Below, piece after piece: positions 38,217-48,603 of a stretch of DNA of 64,000 bases. Both the position numbers and the translations under genes were made by a program. The DNA lies in the NCBI RefSeq assembly GCF_963921235.1, contig NC_086108.1:117988001-118052000 (forward strand). The letters are read 5' to 3'. The stretch comes from Mobula hypostoma (lineage: Eukaryota). Each line of letters starts with the position of its first letter. Within the stretch, counting starts at the first letter, position 1. Under the pieces are notes generated by a model, which made no database searches, had not been told where the DNA came from, and was given only the letters and a program-made list of their open reading frames with translations.

Positions 38217-39009
38217 CAAGAGACAGGGTGAGAAGAGGAATAGTCCATATAGATGTGAGAGCCAGTAGGCTTATAGTAGACACCAGTAGATAAGCTGTCT
38301 CCAGAGATAGAGACAGAAAGATCTAGAAAGGGGAGGGAGGTGTCAGAAATGAACCAGTTAAACTTGCGGGCAGGGTGAAAGTTGGAGGCAAAGTTAATGA
38401 AGTCAACGAGTTCAGCATCTGCTCTCACTCCATCCTCCCGCCACCCCACTAGGAATAAGGTTCCCCTTGTCCTCACCAGCTACCCCACCAGCCTCCGGGT
38501 CCAACATACAATTCTCCGTAACTTTCGCCAACGGTATCCCACCACTAAGCACACCTTTCCCTCCTCCCCTCTCTCTGTTTTCCGCAGGGATCGCTCCCTA
38601 CGCGACTCCCTTGTCCATTCGTCCCCCCCATCCCTCCCTACCGATCTCCCTCCTGGCACTTATCCTTGTAAGCGGAACACGTGCTACACATGCCCTTACA
38701 CTTCCTCCCTCACTACCACTTGGAACATATTTCTTTCCTATTCGGCTGTTTGGTCTGAACAACAACTGAACCTCTTGACCATGTCTGTATGTTTTCTTGC
38801 ATTGAGTTGCTGCCACATGATCGGCTGATACAATATTTGCATTAACAAGCAGGTGTACCTGATAAAGTAGCCACTCCGTGTATATCGAAAAACAACGACA
38901 GAGGGCGCAGTATGGATCCTTGCAGAACACAGGTTTTCATCCAGAATAACTCTATTGGCCACTACCCTCTGTTTTGGGCAAGAATCAATTCACAATAGAT
39001 CCACTGGGT

Positions 39010-39445
39010 CCCCTCTACCGTCCCTATCGCGTATGGGTCTAATTCCCTTCTTGCATTCCTATCCCTTCTGGTTCTAGTTCCCCTCTTCCATCCATATCCC
39101 TTGATGCTCTTAATTCCCATCTTTCATCTCTGTTCCTTGATGCTCTAATTCCCCTCTTCAATCCCTATCCCTTGATGTTCCAATTCCCCTCTTCCATCTA
39201 TATCTCTCGTGGTTCTAATTCCCTTCTTCCATCTGTAACCCTTGTAGGTCAAATTCTCCACTTCCATCCAGATCCCTTGTGGCTCTAATTCTCCTCCTCG
39301 ATCCCAATTTCTTGTGGCTCTCATTCCCCTTTTTCATTCCTCTCCCTTGTGGTTATCATTCCCCTCCTCCATCCTTTATCTTTCTGGCTGTAGTTCCCTA
39401 ACCCTTGTGGCTCTGCTAATTCTCCTCATCCATCCCAACTCTCTA
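39010..39445 (+). repeat. Pyrimidine-rich ~35-bp minisatellite
   Basis: About 12 degenerate copies of TCTAATTCCCCTCTTCCATCCNTATCCCTTGNTGN. Confidence 0.85.
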
Positions 39446-39786
39446 GCAACTTTCCCGTCTGATTTCTGCTTTCTAAGTCAAACATATGCTTCCTTTTTGG
39501 CTGAAATGATTCAGCATTCAGACACCTGAATTTCAAAGTCATAGCATGATCATTGGAAGGAGACATGGTCAAATTGAAGGAGAGTTGGACATCACTATTT
39601 GAGCAATAAATTCCTTAGCATGTGTACAGCCAAAGAACAGCTCAGATGGGCTAAGTAGTGTGAGGTCACTGCTAGGAGGAAGGGTGTGGAGATTTGTGCA
39701 ATTTTGTGAAGAGCAGTGTTCATGCTACTGCCTGTGTCCTGTGTCACTTCATTAATGCGTTTACACATCTTGATTTTTCTTTGCAG

Positions 39787-39896
39787 ATTTCTGAATTTAA
39801 AGTCTATCCGTGAACTGATTTTGAAACGGGGTCAAGCAAAAGTGAACAAGAAACGCATACCGCTAACTGACAACTCGATTATCGAGGGACACCTAG
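39787..39896 (+). pseudogene. RPL7L1: RPL7L1-like exon (110 nt) of an unprocessed pseudogene
   Basis: Acceptor tttctttgcAG and donor GTaaca. Translates [36 protein letters not shown] versus RPL7L1 [36 protein letters not shown]. Confidence 0.88.
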
Positions 39897-39962
39897 GTAA
39901 CACAGACAAAACTTACATTATCAGAGGATAACAAAACATGAGCAGGGGATAACAGAAAGTAC

Positions 39963-40954
39963 CTAGTAGAGTGGATAGGGGAGAACCAGTGGATGTGGTA
40001 TATTTGGATTTTCAAAAGGCTTTTGACAAGGTCCCACACAGGAGATTAGTGTGCAAACTTAAAGCACACGGTATTGGGGGTAAGGTATTGATGTGGATAG
40101 AGAACTGGTTGGCAGACAGGAAGCAAAGAGTGGGAATAAATGGGACCTTTTCAGAATGGCAGGCAGTGACTAGTGGGGTACCGCAAGGCTCAGTGCTGGG
40201 ACCCCAGTTGTTTACAATATATATTAATGACTTGGATGAGGGAATTAAATGCAGCATCTCCAAGTTTGCGGATGACACGAAGCTGGGCGGCAGTGTTAGC
40301 TGTGAGGAGGATGCTAAGAGGATGCAGGGTGACTTGGATAGGTTAGGTGAGTGGCCAAATTCATGGCAGATGCAATTTAATGTGGATAAATGTGAAGTTA
40401 TCCACTTTGGTGGCAAAAACTAGAAAACAGATTATTATCTGAATGGTGGCCGATTAGGAAAAGGGGAGGGAAGATTGATTCCTGGGATGGCAGGACTTTC
40501 ATATGATGAAAGACTGGATGAAATAGGCTTATACTTGTTGGAATTTAGAAGATTGAGGGGGGATCTGATTGAAACGTATAAAATCCTAAAGGGATTGTAC
40601 AGGCTAGATGCAGGAAGATTGTTCCCGATGTTGGGGAAGTCCAGAACGAGGGGTCACAGTTTGAGGATAAAGGGGAAGCCTTTTAGGACCGAGATTAGGA
40701 AAAACTTCTTCACACAGAGAGTGGTGAGTCTGTGGAATTCTCTGCCACAGGAAACAGTTGAGGTCAGTTCATTGGCTATATTTAAGAGGGAGTTGGATAT
40801 GGCCCTGGTGGTTAAAGGGATCAGGGGGTATGGAGGGAAGGCTGGTGCAGGGTTCTGAGTTGGATGATCAGCCATGATCATACTGAATGGCGGTGCAGGC
40901 TCGAAGGGCCGAATGGCCTACTCCTGCACCTATTTTCTATGTTTCTATGTTTCT
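39963..40954 (+). mobile_element. CR1 family A 3' portion with internal deletion near 40468
   Basis: ORFs 39971..40423 and 40475..40858. The junction aaaggggagg / gaagattgattcc skips ~250 bp present in the intact copy. Confidence 0.93.
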
Positions 40955-41089
40955 ACCCGTGAGGAAGTTGTGTTCAACCTAAGAGAATGTACATAGACTT
41001 CCAACTTAGAGAGTGTAATAGGGATTTCTTCAGATTCTGTGTCATGTGTTTATGATATATCAAGGGAAGAAGAAAGGGGAACCAGATCC

Positions 41090-42000
41090 ATAACATATAG
41101 GAGCAGAGGTAGGCCATTTGGCCCATCGAGTCCTGCACAATTTCATCAGCACTGATCCATTTCCCCCTCAGTCCCGATCTCCTGCCTTCCATCACCCCCA
41201 CCGGTATCCCTTCACACTTTGACTAATCAAGAATCTATCAACCTCTACCTTAACCATGCATAAAGACTTGGCGTCCACAGCTGCCTACGGCAATGAATTC
41301 CACAGATTCACCACACTCTGACTAAAATAAAATTCCTTCTCATCTTCGTTCTAAAGTACACCCCTCTATTCTGAGGCTGTGTCCTCTGCTCTTGATCTCC
41401 CCCACCATCGGAAACATCCTCTCCACATCCGCTCTATCGAGGCTCTTCAACTTTTGATAGGTTTCAATGCAGTCACCCCTCAATTCTTCAGAATTCCAGT
41501 GAGTACAGGCCCACAGCCATCAAACGCTCTTCAAATGACAAGCGTTTCAATCCTGGAATCATTTTTGCGAACCTCTTTTGAACACTCTCCAATCTCTCTT
41601 GGATAAGGGGCTCAAAGCTGCTTGCAGTACCCTCAAGTGTGGCCTCACCAGTGCCTTATAAAACTTCAACATTACATCCTTGCTATTAGATTCTAGTCCT
41701 CTGGAAATTAATACACGCGTTGCATTTGCCTTCCTCACCACCAACTCAGCCTTTAGGGAATCTTGCACAAGTCCTGCTGCACTTCAGATTTTTAAATTTT
41801 TTCTCCATTTAAATAATTGTCCGCCCTTTTAGTGCATGACTATACACTTTTTGACACTATTTCATCTGCCACTTTGCCTATTCTCCCAAACTGTCTTAAG
41901 TCCCTCTACTCCAAATTACGTGCCCCCTCTCCCTATATTTGTATCTTCCAAAAACTTTGCCACAAGGCCATCAATTCCATTATCCTTCAGCCCATCAAAT
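41090..42000 (-). mobile_element. Old CR1 3' fragment
   Basis: Contains SKDVMLKFYKALVRPHL and the 3'UTR hallmark ggccatttggcccatcgag. Confidence 0.8.
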
Positions 42001-42054
42001 CTTTGTTGGCCTTCTGCCATCCATTTAAACCACTTCTATGTCAAACATCAGAAA

Positions 42055-42137
42055 GTTGCGATGGCCAAGTGGCCAAGATGTTGGATTCAAAATTCAATGG
42101 GGGGTGCCCCATGCAGGTTCGAACCCTGCTTGCAGCA
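42055..42137 (+). tRNA. tRNA-Ser-derived pseudogene (anticodon now CAA, probably decayed from CGA)
   Basis: GTTGCGATGGCCAAGTGG..AAG.TGTTGGATTCAAAATTCAATGGGG..CCCCATGCAGGTTCGAACCCTGCTTGCAGCA: acceptor stem GTTGCGA/TTGCAGC, long variable arm GGGG/CCCC, and GGTTCGAA T-loop. Collinear with vertebrate tRNA-Ser(CGA). Confidence 0.75.
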
Positions 42138-43541
42138 GGTTTACATTGAATGGAGCTGTTGCACTGCTGAAAAACATCAGCTTTTATCAGATATTGAAAA
42201 GCTATCAAAGGATGTGGAAAGAATGTTTTCTCTAGTGAGGTGGTGTTTCGGACAAGAGACAATGTGTGGAATTCAATGCCACAGATGGCTGCGGAGGCCA
42301 AGTTATTGTGTGTATTTAAAGCAGTTGTTGCTAGACTCTTGATTAGTCATGGCGTCAAAGGTTACAGAGAGAAGGCAGGAGAATGGGATTGAGAGGGGTC
42401 ATAAATCTGCAATGCTGGAGCAGACTTAGTAAATTAACAAGTCATTCAGTGCAGATATGTGCATGCATCTCAGGTTGTGGAAGGAAGATGGGGCTCAAAT
42501 TGCAGGCTTTCAGTGCGCCCAGAGTTCTGCTGCACATGTGTACCCTTTGGCCCACCCTGTCTCTGCCGACCATGATATCAACTTACAGTGATGTCCACTT
42601 GCCCCTGTTAGACTTGTGTGTCTTCATTCCTATCCAAGCACTTGTTCAGATGTCTTTTAAAAATCGTAATTGTTTCTGTTGTGTGTGTATGTGTGGGGGA
42701 TCCAACCTCATTATTCCCTCACATCTTTTTCCATTGCAGTTTAAACCAATGCCCCCTAATTTTAGTGTCCCTCTGTGTCTAGACTCTTGTCTTATAAGCC
42801 TCTAGGTCATTCCAGCCTCCAGTGTTCCAGAAAAAACAATTTAGGTTTGTCCAACCTTCTTATAGTTTTATGTCCTCTACTGCAGGCAGCATTCCAGTAC
42901 CCACTCCAAAACTTCTACATCTTCCTATAGAGCACTGAACAGAACTGCACACAATACTTTAACTGCAGCTTAACCAATATTTCATACAGCAGCATAATTT
43001 CCCAGCCAATGAAGGCAAGCATTTATCACCATATCCACTTGTTTTGCTACGTTGAAGGAGCTACGGACTTGACCACCTCTGTACATCAGAGCTCTTACCA
43101 TTTTCTCTTGGATTAGACATAGAGCATTGAGCAATACAGCACAAGAACAGGCTTTTTGGTACACAGAGTTGGTGCTGACCAGTTAAAGCTGCACACATGG
43201 CCACTGTGGTCTGTACATGTACCTGTTTAAATGCCTCAGAAATGTTGCATTTTTATTTGCTTCCAATGCACCCCCCCTCCCCCCCAGCAGTATGCTCCAG
43301 GCAACTTTTACTCTGTAAAAAGAAACTTGCAATGTAAATTTTTTAAGTTTCTCCCTCTCTGCTCTCATGATTTTATGACCTCCTTTGAGATCACCCCTCA
43401 CCCTCTGATACTTCTGAGCAAACAATCCATTTGTCCAACTTCTCCTTGTAGCACATGCTATCTTGTCCAGCCAACATCCTAGTGAACTTCTGCACCTTCT
43501 CCAGAATGTCAACATAACTGGGACATAGTAAGCCGAATGGT

Positions 43542-46500
43542 ATAGAAACATAGAAACATAGAAAATAGGTGCAGGAGTAGGCCATTCGGCCCTTCGAGCC
43601 TGCACCGCCATTTATTATGATCATGGCTGATCATCCAACTCAGAACCCCGCCCCAGCCTTCCCTCCATACCCCCTGACCCCTGTAGCCACAAGGGCCATA
43701 TCTAACTCCCTCTTAAACATAGCCAATGAACTGGCCTCAACAGTTTCCTGTGGCAGAGAATTCCACAGACTCACCACTCTCTGTGTGAAGAAGTTTTTCC
43801 TAATCTCGGTCCTAAAAGGCTTCCCCTCTATCCTCAAACTGTGACCCCTCGTTCTGGACTTCCCCAACATCGGGAACAATCTTCCTGCATCCAGCCTGTC
43901 CAATCCCTTTAGGATCTTATACGTTTCAATCAGATCCCCCCTCAATCTTCTAAATTCCAACGAGTACAAGCCCAGTTCATCCAGTCTTTCTTCATATGAA
44001 AGTCCTGCCATCCCAGGAATCAATCTGGTGAACCTTCTTTGTACTCCCTCTATGGCAAAGATGTCTTTCCTCAGATTAGGGGACCAAAACTGCACACAAT
44101 ACTCCAGGTGTGGTCTCACCAAGGCCTTATACAACTGCAGTATTACCTCCCTGCTCCTGTACTCGAATCCTCTCGCTATAAATGCCAGCCTACCATTTGC
44201 CTTTTTCACCGCCTGCTGTACCTGGATGCCTACTTTCAATGACTGGTGTATAATGACACCCAGGTCTCGTTGCACCTCCCCTTTTCCTAATCGGCCACCA
44301 TTCAGATAATAATCTGTTTTCCTATTTTTGCCACCAAAGTGGATAACTTCACATTTATCCACATTAAATTGCATCTGCCATGAGTTTGCCCACTCACCCA
44401 ACCTATCCAAGTCACCCTGCATCCTCTTAGCATCCTCCTCACTGCTAACACTGCCACCCAGCTTCGTGTCATCCGCAAACTTGGAGATGCTGCATTTAAT
44501 TCCCTCATCCAAGTCATTAATATATATTGTAAACAACTGGGGTCCCAGCACTGAGCCTTGCGGTACCCCACTAGTCACCGCCTGCCATTCTGAAAAGGTC
44601 CCGTTTATTCCCACTCTTTGCTTCCTGTCTGCTAACCAATTCTCCACCCACACCAATACCTTACCCCCAATACCGTGTACTTTAAGTTTGCACACTAATC
44701 TCCTGTGTGGGACCTTGTCAAAAGCCTTTTGAAAATCCAAATATACCACATCCACTGGTTCTCCCCTATCCACTCTACTAGTTACATCCTCAATAAATTC
44801 TATGAGATTCGTCAGACATGATTTTCCTTTCACAAATCCATGCTGACTTTGTCCGATCATTTCACCGCTTTCCAAATGTGCTGTTATCACATCCTTGATA
44901 ACTGACTCCAGCAGTTTCCCCACCACCGACGTTAGGCTAACCGGTCTATAATTCCCCGGTTTCTCTCTCCCTCCTTTTTTAAAAAGTGGGGTTACATTAG
45001 CCACCCTCCAATCCTCAGGAACTATTCCAGAATCTAACGAGTTTTGAAAAATTATCACTAATGCATCCACTATTTCTTGGGCTACTTCCTTAAGCACTCT
45101 AGGATGCAGACCATCTGGCCCTGGGGATTTATCTGCCTTCAATCCCTTCAATTTACTTAACACCACTTCCCTACTAACATGTATTTCACTCAGTTCCTCC
45201 ATCTCACTGGACCCTCTGTGCCTTACTATTTTTGGAAGATTATTTATGTCCTCCTTAGTGAAGACAGAACCAAAGTAATTATTCAATTGGTCTGCCATGT
45301 CCTTGCTCCCCATAATCAATTCACCTGTTTCTGTCTGCAGGGGACCTACATTTGTCTTTACCAGTCTTTTCCTTTTTACATATCTATAAAAGCTTTTACA
45401 GTCCGTTTTTATGTTCCCCGCCAGTTTTCTCTCATAATCCTTTTTCCCCTTCCTAATTAAGCCCTTTGTCCTCCTCTGCTGAACTCTGAATTTCTCCCAG
45501 TCCTCAGGTGAGCCACTTTCTCTGGCTAATTTGTATGCTACTTCTTTGGAATTGATACTATCCCTAATTTCTCTTGTCAGCCATGGGTGCACTACCTTCC
45601 TTGATTTATTCTTTTGCCAAACTGGGATGAACAATTGTTGTAGTTCATCCATGCAACCTTTAAATGCTTGCCATTGCATATCCACCGTCAATCCTTTAAG
45701 TGTCATTTGCCAGTCTATCTTAGCTAATTCACGTCTCATACCTTCAAAGTTACCCCTCTTTAAGTTCAGAACCTTTGTTTCTGAATTAACTATCTCACTC
45801 TCCATCTTAATGAAGAATTCCACCATATTATGGTCACTCTTACCCAAGGGGCCTCTCACGACAAGATCGCTAATTAACCCTTCCTCATTGCTCAAAACCC
45901 AGTCTAGAATAGCCTGCTCTCTAGTCGGTTCCTCGACATGTTGGTTCAAAAAACCATCCCGCATACATTCCAAGAAATCCTCTTCCTCAGCACCTTTACC
46001 AATTTGGTTCACCCAGTCTACATGTAGATTGAAGTCACCCATTATAACTGCTGTTCCTTTATTGCACACATTTCTAATTTCCTGTTTAATACCATCTCTG
46101 ACCTCACTACTACTGTTAGGTGGCCTGTACACAACTCCCACCAGCGTCTTCTGCCCCTTAGTGTTACGCAGCTCTACCCATATCGATTCCACATCTTCCC
46201 GGCTTATGTCCTTCCTTTCTATTGCGTTAATCTCTTCTTTAACCAGCAACGCCACCCCACCTCCCCTTCCTTCATGTCTATCCCTCCTGAATATTGAATA
46301 TCCCTGAACGTTGAGCTCCCATCCCTGGTCACCCTGGAGCCATGTCTCTGTGATCCCAACTATATCATAATCATTAATAACAATCTGCACTTTCAATTCA
46401 TCCAGCTTATTACGAATGCTCCTTGCATTGACGCATAAAGCCTTCAGGCGCTCTTTTACAACTCTCTTAGCCCTTATACAATTATGTTGAAAAGTGGCCC

Positions 46501-46925
46501 TTTTTAATGCTTGCCCTGGATTTGTCGGCCTGCCGCTTTTACTTTTCTCCTTTGTACTTTTTGCTTCTATGCTCACTTTACACCCCTCTGTCTCTCTGCA
46601 CTGGTTCCCATCCCTCTGTTGTGAACTAACCTCCTCACGCCTAGCCTCTTTAATTTGATTCCCACCCCCCAACCATTCTAGTTTAAAGTCACCTCAGTAG
46701 CCCCCGCTAATCTCCCTGCCAGGATATTGGTCCCCCTAGGATTCAAGTGTAACCCGTCCTTTTTGTACAGGTCACGCCTGCGCCAAAAGAGGTCCCAATG
46801 ATCCAAAAACTTGAATCCCTGCCCCCTGCTCCAATCCCTCAGCCACGCATTTATCCTCCACCTCATCGCATTCCTACTCTCACTGTTGCGTGGCACAGGC
46901 AGTAATCCCGAGATTACTACCTTTC
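43542..46925 (-). mobile_element. Young CR1 LINE family A, 5'-truncated within ORF1, inserted in an older CR1 (~43100-47400)
   Basis: (TTTCTATG)n tail at 43542, esterase C-terminus at 46678-46925, and an intact ORF2. Confidence 0.97.
43640..46672 (-). CDS. Uninterrupted CR1 ORF2 (APE endonuclease plus reverse transcriptase), 1010 codons, no AUG start
   Basis: Motifs [38 protein letters not shown] and FADD. The track start is TTG, and the first ATG lies inside the APE domain. Confidence 0.95.
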   Translation of the reverse strand: MGGGNQIKEARREEVSSQQRDGNQCRETEGCKVSIEAKSTKEKSKSGRPTNPGQALKRATFQHNCIRAKRVVKERLKALCVNARSIRNKLDELKVQIVINDYDIVGITETWLQGDQGWELNVQGYSIFRRDRHEGRGGGVALLVKEEINAIERKDISREDVESIWVELRNTKGQKTLVGVVYRPPNSSSEVRDGIKQEIRNVCNKGTAVIMGDFNLHVDWVNQIGKGAEEEDFLECMRDGFLNQHVEEPTREQAILDWVLSNEEGLISDLVVRGPLGKSDHNMVEFFIKMESEIVNSETKVLNLKRGNFEGMRRELAKIDWQMTLKGLTVDMQWQAFKGCMDELQQLFIPVWQKNKSRKVVHPWLTREIRDSINSKEVAYKLARESGSPEDWEKFRVQQRRTKGLIRKGKKDYERKLAGNIKTDCKSFYRYVKRKRLVKTNVGPLQTETGELIMGSKDMADQLNNYFGSVFTKEDINNLPKIVRHRGSSEMEELSEIHVSREVVLSKLKGLKADKSPGPDGLHPRVLKEVAQEIVDALVIIFQNSLDSGIVPEDWRVANVTPLFKKGGREKPGNYRPVSLTSVVGKLLESVIKDVITAHLESGEMIGQSQHGFVKGKSCLTNLIEFIEDVTSRVDRGEPVDVVYLDFQKAFDKVPHRRLVCKLKVHGIGGKVLVWVENWLADRKQRVGINGTFSEWQAVTSGVPQGSVLGPQLFTIYINDLDEGIKCSISKFADDTKLGGSVSSEEDAKRMQGDLDRLGEWANSWQMQFNVDKCEVIHFGGKNRKTDYYLNGGRLGKGEVQRDLGVIIHQSLKVGIQVQQAVKKANGRLAFIARGFEYRSREVILQLYKALVRPHLEYCVQFWSPNLRKDIFAIEGVQRRFTRLIPGMAGLSYEERLDELGLYSLEFRRLRGDLIETYKILKGLDRLDAGRLFPMLGKSRTRGHSLRIEGKPFRTEIRKNFFTQRVVSLWNSLPQETVEASSLAMFKRELDMALVATGVRGYGGKAGAGF

Positions 46926-47529
46926 TTGCGCTGTATTGTTCTATGTTCTCTAACTGCTCATAATGCTCCAAATGTGGCCTAATAGTTTTATACAGTTGTA
47001 ACATGACTTCTGAACTGAACAACAAATGCAAGTATGTTCTATGCGTTCTTTATCACTCTGTCTCCCAAAATGCAACGCCTCCTACAAATCCTGGTTAAAC
47101 TGCATCTGTGCTTTGCAATGGTCCATATTCTGCTGTATGCTTCAATAACCTTTCTCACTGTCCACAAGTCCATTTTCTGCAAAATTACTAATCAGCCCAT
47201 CATTGATGTATATCATAAACAACAGAGGTCCTAACATTGATCCTTGCAGAACACCTCTGGTTACAAACCTCCAATCGGAGAAATGCTCTTCCACTGTTAC
47301 CCTGCCTTCTGTAACAAGCCAGCTTTGTATCCAACTCACTGGATCCCACATGAGTTAACATTCTGGTCCAGCCTACTATGATGGGCCTTGTCCACTTCCT
47401 TGGGGTGAAAACTTGTGCAAAGTTTACAGTGTTCATGGATGTGGTATGAGGCTGTTAGAAAAGTACATAAGGTATTCAAGAAATCAACTCTGATTGTAGA
47501 GAATGAAAACGTTTAAAAAATGGGAATGT

Positions 47530-48036
47530 ATAAAATAAAAGAGTTGGTTATTGACTTCAGGAAGAATGATACACGGGCTTCTGTCTTGCATCAAAGGTTT
47601 GAGGTTGACAGCTTCAAGTTCCTACATGTGAACATAACTGATAGCCTTTCTGGATCCCGCAACATTGACAGCATGGCCAAGAAAGCTCAGCAACACTTGT
47701 ACTACAGGAGGATAAAGACATTTAGCACATGCCCATCAACCCTTATCAATGCACCATTCTGTCTGGATGCATAACATCCAGTTATGGAAACTGTTTTCTT
47801 ACGTGACTGCAAGAAACTGAAGAGAATTGCTCACCACGTACCTTGTTATAATTTTGCACTTTATCATTTATCACAACATTTTTACACTTCATTCTGCATC
47901 GTTATTTTGCCTTGTTAGGTCATGGTTTGGGTTAGCCTCACCGTCAATGCACTGTGTAATGATTTGAGCTGTATAAAAGTACACAATCAGTCTTTCATTG
48001 TATTTTGCTATGTGTCATTGATAAACCAATACCAAT
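47530..48036 (+). mobile_element. Rex1/Babar-like LINE 3' fragment
   Basis: KELVIDFRK...VDSFKFL.VNITDSLS....IDSMAKKAQQHLYY, with a short tandem tail accaataccaat. Confidence 0.65.
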
Positions 48037-48180
48037 CAATGGTTAATGATTAGGAGGAGGGAGGACACTGTATCAGAGACTTGATTGAAAGAAGGGTAGA
48101 CTAACATTCCAGTTGTGATGGGGTGGGTTGTGGTTCTAAAACAGTTTTGTTGTGATTTATTGCTTGCATTTTCTTTACAG

Positions 48181-48389
48181 AAAAGTATGGATTGATTTGT
48201 CTGGAGGATTTGATAGGTGAGATATACAAAGTTGAAAAATACTTTAAGGAGGCCAGGAATTTTCTCCATCCCTTCAGATTGTTGGTATCCTGACATGCAG
48301 CAAGGAATAAAGTGGGATTTGTCAATAAATTCAGAGAGACTGGACACCATGGAAAAGAAATCAATGAACTCATTTGTCAGCTCAGTTAA
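48181..48389 (+). pseudogene. RPL7L1: RPL7L1-like terminal exon with premature stop
   Basis: Acceptor ttttctttacAG, in phase with the 39787-39896 exon. Translates [67 protein letters not shown], with an in-frame TGA at 48291-48293. Confidence 0.88.
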
Positions 48390-48603
48390 AGGTAGTTGAG
48401 AGTTCAGGAATTTGTGAATAACTCTAAGATTTCCTACTGTGGATTAATGGACAAGAAGATGGGTGTTATGTTAAAAGTGTTTGATTTTCAGATTGTAAAG
48501 AAGTGAATACAAATTATTATCACTGCAATTGTTCACTTTGGAAAATTCCACACTGTTACATTGGCTTTATTAAGGCCATTCAGCATAGGTTTATAAAAAA
48601 AAC

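Larger units (their letters stand above)
34127..38718 (-). mobile_element. Rearranged Penelope-like retroelement (pseudo-LTR/3' end, RT C-terminus, inverted linker), interrupted by CR1
   Basis: Minus strand: FINFASNFHP...LPFLDL...YYKPT..H.YMDYSSSHPVS / KNAIPFSQFLRLRRICS...ERGFP, then the MNIDFS end. Plus strand 38415-38718: VPLVLT...FRRDRSLRDSLVHS...PGTYPCKRNTCYTC. Confidence 0.85.
33772..38880. mobile_element. Tc1/mariner-type non-autonomous element (MITE) enlarged by nested insertions
   Basis: TIRs CACTCAGTGGCCACTTTATTAGGTACA (33772-33798) and TGTACCTGATAAAGTAGCCACTCCGTG (38854-38880) match at 23/27. Flanked by TA on both sides. Its own sequence is only ~33772-34126 plus 38719-38880. Confidence 0.8.
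30340..39010 (-). mobile_element. Old CR1 RT fragment split by nested insertions (pieces 30340-31070, 33716-33771, 38881-39010)
   Basis: The host sequence rejoins across the insertions: ccaatctttgtat / catctacaagcttactaacc and ggtcatttatata / tatcgaaaaacaac...ggatccttgcagaacac. Confidence 0.7.

Noticed and set aside
48291..48293. In-frame TGA as selenocysteine or readthrough in RPL7L1
   Set aside because: It aligns to Arg (CGA>TGA), other conserved residues are also mutated, and no upstream exons were found.
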